Assembly (NCBI RefSeq): GCF_006345805.1
Contig: NC_043004.1
Span: forward strand, 86,366,001-86,430,000
Source: Octopus sinensis
Taxonomy: Eukaryota
Direction of reading: 5' to 3'
DNA length: 64,000 nucleotides
Positions 12,713-26,755 of this stretch are shown one piece after another. Each line of letters begins with the position of its first letter. The first letter of the stretch is position 1. A model generated the notes under the pieces. That model was not told the origin of the DNA. It saw only the letters and a program-made list of their open reading frames with translations, and ran no database searches. The position numbers and the translations under genes are program-made.

Positions 12713-13073
12713 AACTAAATAACAAAAGTAAAGATACAATTAGAGAAGTACAAAAGGTTAGTCATAAATCAGGTTTCAAAAGACAGTCATCAATCTAACA
12801 TGTAATTTTCCCAGATCAACATATTTTTATATCAGATAAATTTACAAAGCCTGCAGAGAAGCCAGAGAAGACAAACCTGCTCAATGTTTAAGTAAAATCT
12901 CCCACCATAAACTTCTTACCACCTTTAAAGGGGAAAAAATGGGAATTAAATGTTTTAAGTGAGACGTCCGAAAAACAGCATTACTCATGATAAAAAAATT
13001 TTGTCACCCAATTTCTTTTGATTATATCTTTTACCAGTTTCAGTCACTAGACTGCAGCCATACTGGGGCATAC

Positions 13074-13109
<36 letters not shown>

Positions 13110-16100
13110 TACTGGTAACGCACGCACACATGTATGTATATGAACAGAGATGAAAATTAACAGGTCATTTTATTCCCACCAGTCAGTTTGTGAATTCAGC
13201 AAAAAGCTAAGAAAAAACTGCCATCATTGATACAAAGGCTTCTGCAGCTGAGGAGATTCACAGAATATTTTTTGTTTGTTTTTGAGCATATTTTGCAAAA
13301 GTTTATAATGAAATCTTTTTGAAGAACTTGCTGAAAAAATTTGCTTGAACTAAATCCCTTTGTGCCTATTCAAATCTACAGATTTCTGGGTATTATTTGA
13401 TTCTTTCACCTGCATGATTTTCACTAAGAAAAAAAATAAAAACTCAGATTTTTTTGCATGGAATCAAGTACCCTGACCTCCTAATATGCTGCAAACTCTT
13501 TATTTTTGCGGGGGGAGGGGGACTTGAATGAATTCCGGTGACCTCATAATATACTACAAAACCCATTTTTGGGTCTGGAAAATGAGGTGGGGTGAGGTGG
13601 AAGCCTCGGAGATTTCACCCCCAACACCCATTTCTCTTTTCACCTTCATGATTTTCACTAAGAAAAACAAAACCTCGGATTTTTTGCATGGAATCAAGTA
13701 CCCCGACCTCATAATATACTGCAAACCCCTTATTTTTGTTCGGAAAAAAAGGGTGGGTGGGAAACCGCCCACCCTCACCCCCACATCCCGGAATTATTGG
13801 ATTACATTAGATTGAAAATTCAAAGAAGGGACACTGAGAAGGTGTGAAGCAACAGGGGTCTCAACCATAAAGTCACAGACTCAGTCCTTGGTCCCTAGGT
13901 AAGGCACTTTACTTCACATTATTCCAATCTATTCTGCTGGCAAAAGTGACCACTAAACCTGACAGAAAGTCCAGCCAGCACTAAGCTGGTATAACAGCAT
14001 TAACAAATCAGAGAGACAACCAAAAACCTTCATGCATGAAGAAGGATACCTCCAGATGTGGATAGACATCTTGTCCTGAAACCCTTTTTTCTTTATTTTA
14101 TATTAGGAAGGCAGAATTGTTTCTAAAGTATCCAACAGTTATCCCTGACCTGTAGATCTTTCGGGTTTAAAGGTCAGTATCCTTATCTAAAAATCAATTT
14201 AAAGCCAAGCCAAAACTACTTGGCAACAGAAAACAAAAAAAGTTCTTTCATAATTTTTTAACAATTGAATCCCTTCCAGAAGACAATTGTAGTATAACTA
14301 AACCTCCAAAGACACAAAGCATTTATTCAGTGAGAAACTTTTATTTTATACAAAGCTTTTTATTCTATACCATCACATCATTTTAGGAGCAATGTTGAAA
14401 CTGCATTTCTTTAGCAGACCCAACTACTGCTCTTGACTGAGCAGACTTGTAATAAAAGGCAAACAAGGACAACATTATTCAAAATATTCCCTCTTTCTTA
14501 GATGATAATGCATGATGGGGAATGTTTGACTGTTGCTTCTTGTAAAATATCTAATTCATTTTCCCAGCTGGTTTTTGAAACGCAGACAAAAGGTCCTTAT
14601 ATAAAATAATAATGAAAGGCTTAACCCTTTCATATTTGAACCGACCATATCAGGCCCAAATATTCTGCCCATTTTAAGTTCAAACTGGCCAGATTTGGCC
14701 TCCCATATCAACCCTACAATATCATCCTAAAAATTAACAGTTACCTCATCAAAATCTCAAAGCTACAAGATAATACATTACTTTTGACAGAAGGATCTGA
14801 ACACTAGGTTTAAAACTAATATGAACACTTCAGTAACTTTTGTTACCATATTTTTGTTAAATTACATTCCCTTTGTTTCAATCTGTTGAAAATGATGAAG
14901 AATTTATAGTGAAATAACTTTTTAGTTATTAAGCTAGTATTTAGAATATAAATTAACATGGAATTTTGACGGAAGGTTCTAATTTAGATCATTTTAACAA
15001 GGGAAATTTGTCTCATAGAACTTGGTGTAGTCTTAGACAGGTTGGTTTTAAAAAGAAAGGTTAAAACGAGTTTTGTACCATAGAACCAGAGGTGTACATC
15101 ATATAAGATGGAATAAAAGATCCATATGATCTACTGTTAATTAGTGAACAGTATACAGTGTCTTGACTACTTGCAACTAACTAATTAATTAGTGAGTCAT
15201 TGGCAATTAGTGTTGACAAATTAACACATGTGTATTTAATTATTATTATAATTTTGACTTCCTTGTTCTCATTAAACATTTCATTATATAGCATTATGTG
15301 TATATCGTTCATTTTCAGTTAATATAACAAGAGTTTAAAAAAGAAAAATTGCAAGTCTTTATTGTTGTTTTTTTATAGAGCTGGCAGAATCTTTGGCGTG
15401 TCAAACAAAATGCCTTATGGTATTTTTTCTGATGTTTTACACTGAGTTCAAAATCCTAGCAAGGTAAACTTTGCCTTTCATCTTTTCAAGGTTGATAAAA
15501 TAAATAAGTACTCAAGTGTGTGTGTGTGTGAGAGAGAGAGAGAGACAGAGACAGACAGACAGAGAGCCTCAATATTGTTGCTCAATCAGTTAAAAATAGC
15601 AACCAAATCAACCTCTAATCACATCCTACCATCTTAAAAAAGGAAGGGCACAGTAGATAATGTAAATATACTAAGCTACAAAATGAAAATACCAAGTAAG
15701 GAACATAATCAACAGGCTGAAAGACCAAAATTTCGAAAGGTAGAAAATGCTTAAGTTAGCAAATTATAAATACTAACTAGAATTATTGCCAGCAGATAAC
15801 ACTGTCTTACATTCCTTCATGTGAGTCTACTTCATAGACCAACAATTATAATGTCCACTTCCTTTCACAGCAACTGAAATTGCACAGCAATGCTAATGAC
15901 AGGTGAATACGAAATTCATTTAAGTCTGTGATTTAAGTGTTGAATACTTTAAAGATTTCCTTTCAAGCATTGATCTTCACTAAGAGATAATCTCATTTAC
16001 CTTTTCAAAAGCTACTTTTTGAGAGTTTTACAAAGTTGGTTTTGTTGTATGAGTAAATTTAATCAAACCATACAATTTCTTTTGATGGTGAGCAAACTTT

Positions 16101-16196
16101 ACACCACTCTTTGTCTAATCTACAAAGTTTCTTTAACTTACAGCAACATTTCTTAATGGAACTGGACAGGTCAGCAGTACAGCATAGGTTCACATA

Positions 16197-16550
16197 AAGA
16201 GTAAAGACCCCCTTCGGTCATCAATGACCAAGGGATCGCACCTAGGAAGTTCCCCTCTCAGGTACAAGTCATGGCAAGGTTGTTTATGGAAGACCAGCAG
16301 TCACCCATGCATACCACCCTCTCCTCCTCTCCATGCCACCAATGTCATCCAAGGGAAAGGCAAAGGGGCCAATACAGCTTGGCACCAGTGATGTCGCAAC
16401 CCATTTCTACAGCTGAGTGAACTGGAGCAACATGAAATAAAGTGTCTTGCTCAAGAACACAACATACAACACACAGCCCAGTCCAGGAATCGAACTCATT
16501 ACCTCATGATTGTGAGCCCAACACTCTACCACTGAGCCATGTGCCTTCAC
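16197..16550 (-). mobile_element. tRNA-derived SINE
   Basis: Homologous to 9400-9726; A box and B box (GTTCGATTCC) on the minus strand. Confidence 0.8.
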
Positions 16551-19059
16551 TCAGGTTCACACACTGCTACTCTATTTCAGTATTTTGGCAAGAACAATAT
16601 TTGCAGATATATCCTTACTACTACTTCTTTAGTTTACCTGCCATTAACCCTTTTGTTACCACATTTCCATGGCTCAGATCAAGGAGGTGTTTGAAGATCT
16701 TCCCAGGGTCATAGTGAAAAACATATGCACCAGGTTCCTCGACTGCCTTGAGGCTGTGGTGTGAGCTGAGGGTGACTACTTTGAGTAAATTGTTATCTCC
16801 CAGGCATATTATAGTTGAGAATTTTTGAAATACTTTCATTTTGATATGGGATATTATGTTTCCTTTTTCTTTTGTGCAAACTGTCAAATTTAACCGAAGC
16901 ACCGACTGTCTGTTTGAGTGTGTGTGTGTGTGTGTCTGATTGTTTGTGTCTGTGTATGAAATAATAATTAGATAGCTGGGCTTCTTTAATTAACTTGTCA
17001 TTTTCTGTATCATTGTTCTCATAGTGATGTGCCATAAATCTAGAGCTAATCTATCTGATGCTGATCTAACTCATCAAAATATTTGTATTTGCATCACTGT
17101 TTTGTCAGCAGCTATGTTTCAATCCGAGATGCTATTGTAGCAGTCCAGTATACAAAGCACAGAGCCAACAGCACACCTATCAATTAGAACTGCTTCTACT
17201 GTTATTGTAGACAAATACAGTAAGTATGGATTAAGGTAGATGCTTATAGCACCTATTTCCGGAAGCAACATTTAAATTAATTGAATAATCCTAGATGCTG
17301 CAGGCATTTACTTTTACCTGCATTCCATGCAATAATCTGCATCATCATCATCATCATCATTTAACATCTGTTTTCCATGCTGGCATGGGTTGGACGGCTT
17401 GATAAGAGCTGCCCGGGTTCCATGTCTGTTTTGGCATGGTTTCTATGGCTAGATGTCCTTCCTAAGGCCAACTGCTTTACAAAGTGTACTGGGAGTTTTT
17501 ATGCAGCACTGGCAGAGATATGTTTACATGGCACCAGCATGAGTGCTTTCCATGTGGCACCAGCATCCATGGACCTGCAAGATTAGGATTGCTCAGCTGA
17601 AGAGGGATGTAGGGACGTGCTTATATGCAGGCACTTACTTCAAACAGGGATCTAGTCTCCTTCCTGCTGCTGCTACATGTGTGTGTGTGTAAGTACTCCA
17701 GCCTTTGAGCTACCTCTAATAGTTACCCTGGTTGTTATTCATCCCCCTGCATGTTGAAAGGCAATGAACAGACAAGTTTGTTTTGAATGTTAGCTCTTTG
17801 CTTCTTTTTAGTATCAGGAGGTAAATAGCAAATACAAAAGAACCTGGGGTGGGGGAGGACACGTGCTGATAAAATAACTGAATCTAAGTTTATAAATTCA
17901 TTAGTATAAAGCGTTAAATTACTGTTTTGGTCATCATAATTCTTTATATGGCTACAATAGACTTTATAAGAAGCCGGTTCTGAATTTGAATGCAAGCAAA
18001 ATTTTGTTCACAATCAAGTGCTCCCCCCTCCCCTGATATGCAAGCTTTCTCATTGGTTTAATGTTATCGGTAGTTTTAGTAAGTGAGGTGACATTAACTA
18101 AACACTACGCGTAATTCAGATAACATTATCACCAATGATAATTTGGTCAGGGGCAAGATAGACCAGAAACAAAAACAACTTCCCTAGGGATGAAACAGAC
18201 TTCATGGACTTTGTTTTCTCATGACAATGGCTGTTAGAAACCTATAAATGCTTTAAAGGTGAATGTGAAATGGTTGCCCTAAATTTAGAAATAGATTTAG
18301 TTGTCTGACCTCACTGCTACATCACCAAAAAACTTTTCCAGTGAAACAGATTCTGTTTTAAACCTCTGCTCTTAATCACAGCCAGCTGATTTAGATTATA
18401 TAAAACTTAGCATGAGATAAAATGTGAGTTTGTTTGTCATACCAAACTTGTGTTTCAGGATTTTAAGTTAAAATCTTACAAAATCTAGGTTGGCTTTTTG
18501 TACTCCAAGGTCCATAAAACAGATAGCAATAGTTGTTTGTTTGTGTTTTTTTGTTTTTTTAATTTGGAAAAATTGATGATGGAAGAGGAAAGCATTCCTA
18601 CTTGTGATTAATCATTTTGATATGAACCTGCCTTAGATTGCTCCTGGTTCTGGGATACAAACTTCCTGTTTGATAAAGTGGTCTAAATTAAAACCTTCCA
18701 TCAATACTTCATGCTAATTTATGCTCCAAACGCCAACTTAATAAAGGACAAAGTTAATTTACTAAATTCTTCATTATTTTCAAAAATTAATTGAAACAAA
18801 GGCAGTGTATTTCAACAGAAATATGGTAACGAACAGAATTACAATGAATTCACATTCAGCTTAATTCAGCAGGTTTACTGCATTTTGTGAGGGCCTAAGG
18901 AAATGGCAACTAGACTATCTTGTGTATAGGTTTCCTTAGATACAGACCTGTGATACACAAATGGTATAGAACAGATATGTAAAAACATAATTAGAGGTTT
19001 TAACAAATTGTGCGCCAGTATGTCTGTGTGTATGCGTATGTATACACATACATATATCC

Positions 19060-19274
19060 TTCTCGTGTGTGACCCTTCTGTCCGAGTCAGTCGCCATGAT
19101 AGATCGTTAGCCACTACACACATTTTTTTCTCTCCTTCTTTTTTCTGTGTCCCTTTCTGTAGAAGAGCATAGGCTCGAAACATAAAATACTTTTTCTATT
19201 CCTGAGCATTATACTAATACATCTGTTTGTTTTGTACACCACCTGTCTTCGTCTTTTGTTTTTTTGTAAACTCT

Positions 19275-19278
<4 letters not shown>
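19060..19278 (+). mobile_element. Penelope-like pLTR fragment carrying a variant minimal hammerhead (19157-19190)
   Basis: CTGTAGA-A-GAGC(ATAG)GCTC-GAAAC-ATA: perfect stem II between hammerhead-like core boxes, in a pyrimidine-rich segment. Confidence 0.55.
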
Positions 19279-19351
<73 letters not shown>

Positions 19352-21862
19352 CATGCACAAACACACACACACACACATTTATGTATATCAATCATTATTG
19401 TTTTAACATCAACTTTTTCCATGTTCATATAGGTAAGACAGAGTTTGTTGAGGAACAATTTCTATGGCCAAATGCCCTTCATGTTTCCAACCCTCACCTA
19501 TAAAATAATAATTCCTCCATGGCCAGACATGTTTTCATAGAAGATTGGACATCAGTCATGCAATAACCAGACAGAAATTCAAGACCTAACTTGATTCATA
19601 ACTAATTCACACTTTCAGTTATCCATCACACTATTTACACCGTCCTTGGAAGAGCATAGGCACAACTGAATCAGAGAGGAGTCTACCCCATGGACAGCAG
19701 ATTGCGTAACTAAACCAAGAGGAGTACTTTTTGATCAAGAATTGTCAAAGAGTATCAATATAACAAGAAACTTTGGAGGTTGACACTAAACTGTAAGCAT
19801 GACCCTGGAAGAGGGAAAATTCAGTAAAATTCCAGCTAATGTAAGTTCACTGATCTCATGGGCCCCTTTTCTTTTAAGAGCATTGTCAACTGGAAAATTT
19901 GATTTTTTTTAGATTATCTCCCCTTTTTCATATGGAGCTTTTTTTTTCATTGCCATTTGGTAACTATCATCATCTAAAGAGAGAGAGATAATTTGATATA
20001 TTTATGTTGTATGGTACTTCATATATCCATATTTGTGTATATTGTTCAAATACATGTCCTTGGTCACTGAGTTTTTGTTTAACTTATGCAAGTTACTTCA
20101 GCAGCCATAAATGTGTTCTTCTTTTTGTATCAGACTAAGCCCCCAGGTTACTGGAGATAAGATCAGACAATTGTCCTGCTGATGAAGGCTATTGAATTAG
20201 AAATACATTTCCGTAACTGTCCTCTTACTATATTGCACATGAGTAGGCAGGAAAAATTATCAGTGTTTAGAGAAATGGTCTAATAAAATACAAAACATAT
20301 AGAATTGTCTTCCACACTTATTAAAATAATTAAAACATTAATCATTGACTAATACTGTCTTTTCTTCAAATCATTAAATATGGTACAACCAACTCAATTA
20401 TTGATTTTCATACAGATTATGTCTCCAAGTGAGTTTCTCTTTAGTTACCCAGTCTCTAAAGTTATGCTAATTTTCACACCTGCTCATATACAATATCATA
20501 CATTTACATGACTGGGGGTTGACAAGTAAGCTTCTCAACCATGTGGTCTCAGGTTCAGTTTCACTTTGCAGCACCTTTGGCAAGTGTCTTCTTCTATTGC
20601 ACCAAACTAGCCAAAGCCTTGTGAGTGGACTGAGAAGATAGAGAGAGCGCGCGTGCACGCGTGTGTGTGAAGTGTTCATGCATTTGTGTGTGCATGTGTG
20701 CGTGTATTCTTATTTAGACATCACATGATGGTTGTAAGTGGTCATCATCATCATCAAACAAGCAAGGTTGTTCATTTCCCGTCTTCCATGAAGAACATGT
20801 CAGGCCATGGAGAAATGTTGCCTTGCTTGAAAAGAGGTGAAGGTTGATAGCAGGAAGGGCATCCCTTCATAAATTTTTAGTTTAATCCATACACGCAGGG
20901 AAAAGTGGACATTAAATGTTGAAGGTTTTATTGATTCTCCCCTTCAACACTTCAGCAAATACAGTGAAGTCAATGCCTTGATGAAGAGGTTTGATAAGAC
21001 CGAAATGTGTCTTGTACTTTCGGAAATGACTAAATTTTAATCACTGATTAACATAGTCAGTGCATAATTTTCTTTCTATTAACTTTTTTTTTTCCTTTCA
21101 ATTAAATATAGCAACAATAACTTGATAATTAATTGTTTGTATTAAGAAATCTGGATTTAGTAATATATCATTGCTATTTTTCACTGTCAGACTATATTTA
21201 GTTGGGAAGAACTAATGCTTTCGTCTCTCTCTCTCTCTCTCTCTCTCTCTTCTATATCAGACTCTGCTTCAGTGTTGCCTGACTGGTTAAACTTGTTTGT
21301 TTATGTGCAAGGATAGAGACCTGAACATATAGGTTCACTTATATAAACATTTAAAGACAATACAAGAACAAACATACCGCAATGAAAATTCAGTGCAGCA
21401 TTTTACTCAGTGTGGTTTGGATTTTTTTTTTTTTTCCTATGGGTTGTTATATAAATAATAAGTGATAATTTTTTTTACAGGAAACATGCAGAAATAATTA
21501 TTTGCTATTTCAGGCTACTATGACATTTTTGGTGAGAAAACTATTGAATTTCGTAACAATGCAAATGGTATTCTTAAGCAGAAGGCTTAAACCCATCAGC
21601 CAGTTTAATACCACCAAGTGGCTTTGAGTACTTTTAGTAGAGTTCAGCTGTTCGTTCTGGAGAAAAGTCAATAACCTGTTGTGCTTGCTTACTCCCGCAG
21701 CAACTCATCAATCACTGTTTCTTCTTTATTCCCTGGCTTTCCAACCCTAACCAGTCTCAGACACTATAAAATGTCATGGGCACTACTTTTCCATTTCTGC
21801 TTAAGATGTATGTGTGTGTATGTTCATGTGTATGCACACGCACATATACACATACATATATA

Positions 21863-22524
21863 CATCATCATCATCGTCGTTTAGCGTCCGCTTTCCATGC
21901 TAGCATGGGTTGGACGGTTCAACTGGGGTCTGGGAAACCAGGCCCAGTTTGATCTGGCAATGTTTCTACAGCTGGATGCCTTTCCTAACGCCAACCACTC
22001 CATGAGTGTAGTGGGTGCTTTTTACGTGCCACCAGCACGGAGACCAGACGAAGCTGGCAACGGCCACGATCGGATGGTGCTTTTTATGTGCCACCGGCAC
22101 GGGGCCAGTCGGGGCGGCGCTGGCAACGGCCACGTTCGGATGGTGCTTTTTACGTGCCACCAGCACGAGGCCAGTCGGGGCGGTGCTGGCAACAGCCACG
22201 TTCGGATGGTTCTCTTACGTGCCACCGGCACTGGTAACTCAGCTGCAATTTCCATTGATCGATTTCGATTCTGATTCTGATTCTCACTTGCCTCAACAGG
22301 TCTTCACAAGTAGAGTTTTGTGTCCCAAGAAGGGAAGGTATGCATAAGTGGACTGGCTACATCCCGTGTAGAAGGCCACGGGTTATGGTCTCACTTGTCC
22401 TGCCGGGTCTTCTCACACACAGCATACTTCCAGAGGTCTCGGTCTCTAGTCATTTCCTCAGTGAGACCTAAAGTTCGAAGGTCGTGCTTCACCACCTCGT
22501 CCCAGGTTTTCCTGGGTCTGCCTC
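21863..22524 (-). mobile_element. 5'-truncated RTE-clade LINE: ORF C-terminus, 3' UTR with tandem hairpin units and (GAT)n tail
   Basis: 22391-22522(-) translates GRPRKTWDEVVKHDLRTLGLTEEMTRDRDLWKYAVCEKTRQDK*, a typical RTE C-terminus. Confidence 0.85.
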
Positions 22525-23940
22525 ATGCACACACATGCCTTGTCTTGGGCCCTCAACACTTGATGAGGTTATGGAAGTGCTGTCATAGCACATTTCATCT
22601 TGAGCATGTGTTTCAACCTGCCAAAGTTCATCCTTTTCCCAGTCTGACCAAAGCCAATTTATTTCCAAAAGTAAAACAGACAGAAAAAAAAGGAGCAAGA
22701 AAGAACTAACCACCCCCCACACACACACATATACATTAAAGGACTGTTGCTCTATAGCGCCAAAAAGGATGTAAAGCAAAGTTGACCTTAATAGTATTTG
22801 AACTCAGAGACCAAGGAGCTGAAGCAATTATCACAGAGCAATCTTTCTCACATTCTAACAACTCAACTAATTCACCTCATTTTCCTGTGTTTTGAGACTG
22901 TCATTATGCTAATAATAATAACACAAGCACAGGTTCAATCCCTCTTCTTTATTGTTAGTCAGTTGGTTAAATATCTAACCAACTAACTAATCAATTGTTT
23001 GTTTAAAGTGCTGCTTAAACAACCAAACAGTTGTTTGTTAGTCAAATTTCTTTCATTGTTGTTTGCAACCTTTGTAATGACTTAGTGACTCTCATCCCCC
23101 TCGCTCCATGGTCTGCAAGATCTGTAGATCTTGGAGCGAGAAGTGAAGTCATTTTTGTTTTGGCTCTTTGCCTTCTGCTTCATATTACAATCCTCTTTGT
23201 AGTAGGAGGCGGATCTTGTGAGACCCGTCTAGCAGTGATAAGTCTCCAATGGGTAAGACTTTAAACTACATCCAGTAGTGGAATGTTGGCATAGGAATTT
23301 CGAGGTTTTGAGGAATCTGAAACCACCTCTTCCCAGATCTACTCTTACCTGGAGTAGTAGCACCAACCAGGGTCCCAGCTATGGGTTAACTAACATATGT
23401 ACCATCCAGTTCAAACTTAGACTATACCTGCTCTAATAATCAGTAGTGACTTGGTTAGCGAGTCCTCTGCAATGGTCAATAATCAATGGTAAGATGAGCT
23501 GCTATGGATCATACATGGCAAGTGTATATGCATGTGGCAAATGTATATGCATGTGACCAGGGTCCACATGTGAAAATTTGTATTCACAATGAGACTTCAA
23601 ACGTGACCTCTACATCTCAACAACGAATAGCAACTAGAGCTATGGTGTCTGCACTTGCTTTCCCAGTGGGACATGATCAAATTTGCAAGATGGATTTTTG
23701 GGCTGCAGACTGAAGCATTACTTTGCCTGCTGTAAAGTTAGGGCTGACCATTGGATGTGGTCAGCATTCATGAGGAACATGGTGAACTTGTTGGTTGGAA
23801 CCAGTTCAACCCACCCTCGGTGAAGGCTGCCAAAAGTGTGATTACAAATGTCTGATAGAGTATTATCTCAGTTGCATCAATACCAAAAAGTAGTAAACCT
23901 TACACTGAAGTGAAATGAATGATAAAACTGAAAATATATA

Positions 23941-24149
23941 TTCTTTTCTACTCAAGGCACAAGGCCCAAAATTTTGGGGGAGGGGGCAAGTCAATTAGAT
24001 CAACCCCAGTATGCAACTGGTACTTAATTCATCGACCTCGAAAGAATGAAAGGCAAAGTCGACCTTGGCAGAATTTGAAATCAGACAGACAAAATACCGC
24101 TAAGTATTTCACCCAGTGTGCTAACATTTCTGCCAGCTCACCACCTTGC
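23941..24149 (-). mobile_element. tRNA-derived SINE with 18-bp target site duplication
   Basis: TAAAACTGAAAATATATA at 23923-23940 and 24150-24167. Confidence 0.88.
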
Positions 24150-24719
24150 TAAAACTGAAAATATATATTGAATGTTTTCTCAATATACTGACGGAAAGCT
24201 CAACATTATGAATGAGAGTATGTTCATACTGCCTTGAAAGAACAGATTACTGTAGTGAAGTATATGATAAAAGTAGGAAGGACATATGGTGCCATAGTAA
24301 ACTGTTGTGATAACGTACAATCAACAGAATATACCCTGAGAGACAATGACAAACATTAATAAAACCAATAACAATGATTGATAAAAACTATGAAAAATGA
24401 AATAGGCCAGAGATGTGACATAAGTATAGAAGTGTGTTTTGGTGAAGAAGTCATCTTTGCACATCACAATGTTCCAGGGTCCATCCTACAGCATAGCACC
24501 TCAAAGATATTCTACAATAGAATCAGGTCAAACTAAGCCTACAAATGGAACTGAGTAAACAAAAACTATGGAAGACCATCAAAGTTTGTGTATGTTCTTG
24601 TGTGATTGATCCAAACTCTTGTTTGGTTTAATACCAACCATCTTATTAAGCCTTAGATGTGTTTAGTGAAGTTCATTCTGCTTCAAGCATTCAAGTCAGG
24701 TCAGGTGTTATTCCAGAGC

Positions 24720-25050
24720 AGCTAACTGGCTTCTGTGTCAGTGGCATGTAAAAGGCACCATTCGAGCGTGATCGTTACCAGCGTCGCCTTACTGACACCT
24801 GTGTTGGTGGCATGTGTAAAAAGATTTGGGTGAGGTCGTTGCCAGTACCACCTAACTGGCCCCGTCCCGGTGGCACGTAAAAAGCACCCACTACACTCTC
24901 GGAGTAGTTGGCATTAGGAAGGGCATCCAGCTGTAGAAACCCTGCCAGATCAACATTGGAGCCTGGTGCAGCCATCTGGTTCACCAGCCCTCAGTCAAAA
25001 TCGTCCAACCCATGCTAGCATGGAAAGCAGATGTTAAACGATGATGATGA
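24720..25050 (+). mobile_element. RTE-related 3' end, opposite orientation to the 21863 copy
   Basis: GGTGGCACGTAAAAAGCACC units, GGAAGGGCATCCAGCTGTAGAAAC, and a (GAT)n tail. Confidence 0.8.
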
Positions 25051-25671
25051 TACAGGTTGGGGTTTCTTCTCTTTACTCCTTCCATTCATTTTGGAAGATT
25101 TACAAAAGTTATGGACAATGCCTTTTCCCTTCCTAACATATCCTCTTCATTGTCATCATCATTTATCCACTTTTCCATGCTTCCAGAAAAGTGATATCTC
25201 CCCCATGGCCAGACATATTTGTCATGGACAATTGGGAATGGACGTCACTTATATGACAGTGATGTTCATTTACAATCATCATGTGATGTCAAGACAAGGG
25301 TACACATAAACACAAGCATACACACACACACAACAGGCTTTCCCACTGACCATGTATCAAAATTCACTCACAAGGCTTTGATCAGCATAGTGTTACAGTA
25401 GAAAAACCATGGCCAAAGTGCCAGACAGTGGGACTGAACCTGAGAACACATGGTCAGGAAGCATTTTCTAAACTACACGGACATGCCATAAAAAAATAAT
25501 AAATGGATAAACAAGAGCTGCTAGGTTGATAAAAGCAATGAAGACGGACCAAGGAGAAGGCATAACGAAATCTTAAGTGCAGATCTGTCTAACCCAAACA
25601 AACAATGAAGAGAAAAACAGTAACATGGAGAATGTAAAAACAAAAAACAAAAAGATATACTCAACACAGAA

Positions 25672-26210
25672 ATGGCTATGTAGTTAAGAAACTTGGTTTG
25701 CAATCAAGTACTTTTGGATTCAGTCCCACTGCACAGCACCTTGGGCATGTGTCTTCTACTATAGCCACATGCCAAATGAAACCTTATGAGAGAATTTGGT
25801 AGAGGGAATTGTGTGCAAGCCTATTGTGTGTGTGTGTGGTGTGTGTGTGTGTGTGTGTGTGCATGCTTGTGTTTGTGACTCCCACTCCTACCACTTGACA
25901 ACTGGTGTTGTTTTGTTCATGTCCCGATTAATTCAGTGATTGGGCAAAAGAGACCGACAGAACAAGAACCAGATTTTAAAATAAGTATCGGGAGCGGGAG
26001 GGGGGGGGGTCAATCTGTTTGACTAAAACCCTTGAAGGTGGTGCCCCAGCATGGCCAATGATGGATTCATCCACATCTCCATAACTCAGTGATTGGGTAA
26101 AAGATATCAACAGAACAAGCACCAGATTTTTTTTTTAAATATTTGAAGTCAATCTGTTTGACTAAAGACCTTCAAGGTGGTGCCCCAGAATGGCCAATGA
26201 CTGAAACAAG
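25672..26210 (+). mobile_element. CORE-like SINE with internal (TG)n and a duplicated 3' segment
   Basis: CCTTGGGCATGTGTCTTCTACTATAGCC; ~130-bp segment repeated at ~25930 and ~26085. Confidence 0.7.
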
Positions 26211-26541
26211 AGATCCACAGTATATACTTCTGTGTGAATACTACTTTGTATTTCAGTCTCAAGAAAGAAAAAAAAATTGCCCAACCGATCCAATTACTGT
26301 AGTGAAATTCTCAGTGACTACACACGTGGTCACTAACAGATGTAAGACGAGAGGAGAGTTTCATAGTTTAAGTAGGTTGGTAATTACAGAAGAGGAAATA
26401 TGAGAAGTAAACATGACAGGCAAACAGACAGACAGACAAACATGGAGGGGGAGATAAGCAAGCAGACAAGCAGGCACAAAGACAGACAGAAGCAGAAACA
26501 GACAGGCACATATACATACATACATACAGGCAGGCAGACAA

Positions 26542-26755
26542 GGCAGCGAGCTGGCAGAATTCTTAGCACGCTGGGCGAAATGCTTAGCGGTATTTCGTCT
26601 GTCTACATGTTCTGAGTTCAAATGCCGCCAGGGTCGACTTCACCTTTCATCCTTTCAGGGTTGATAAATTAAGTACCAGTTACACAGTGGGGTCGATGTA
26701 ATCAACTTAATCCCTTCCCCCAAATTTGAGGCTTTATACTTTCAGTAGAAAGGAT
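26542..26755 (+). mobile_element. tRNA-derived SINE (GGCGAGCTGGCAGAA family)
   Basis: Same family as 44072-44302 and 34622-34852. Confidence 0.85.

Noticed and set aside
22955-22990. AT-rich hairpin (also 49770-49805) as a miRNA precursor
   Set aside because: Short, low-complexity TAAC/GTTA-derived palindromes with no further support.
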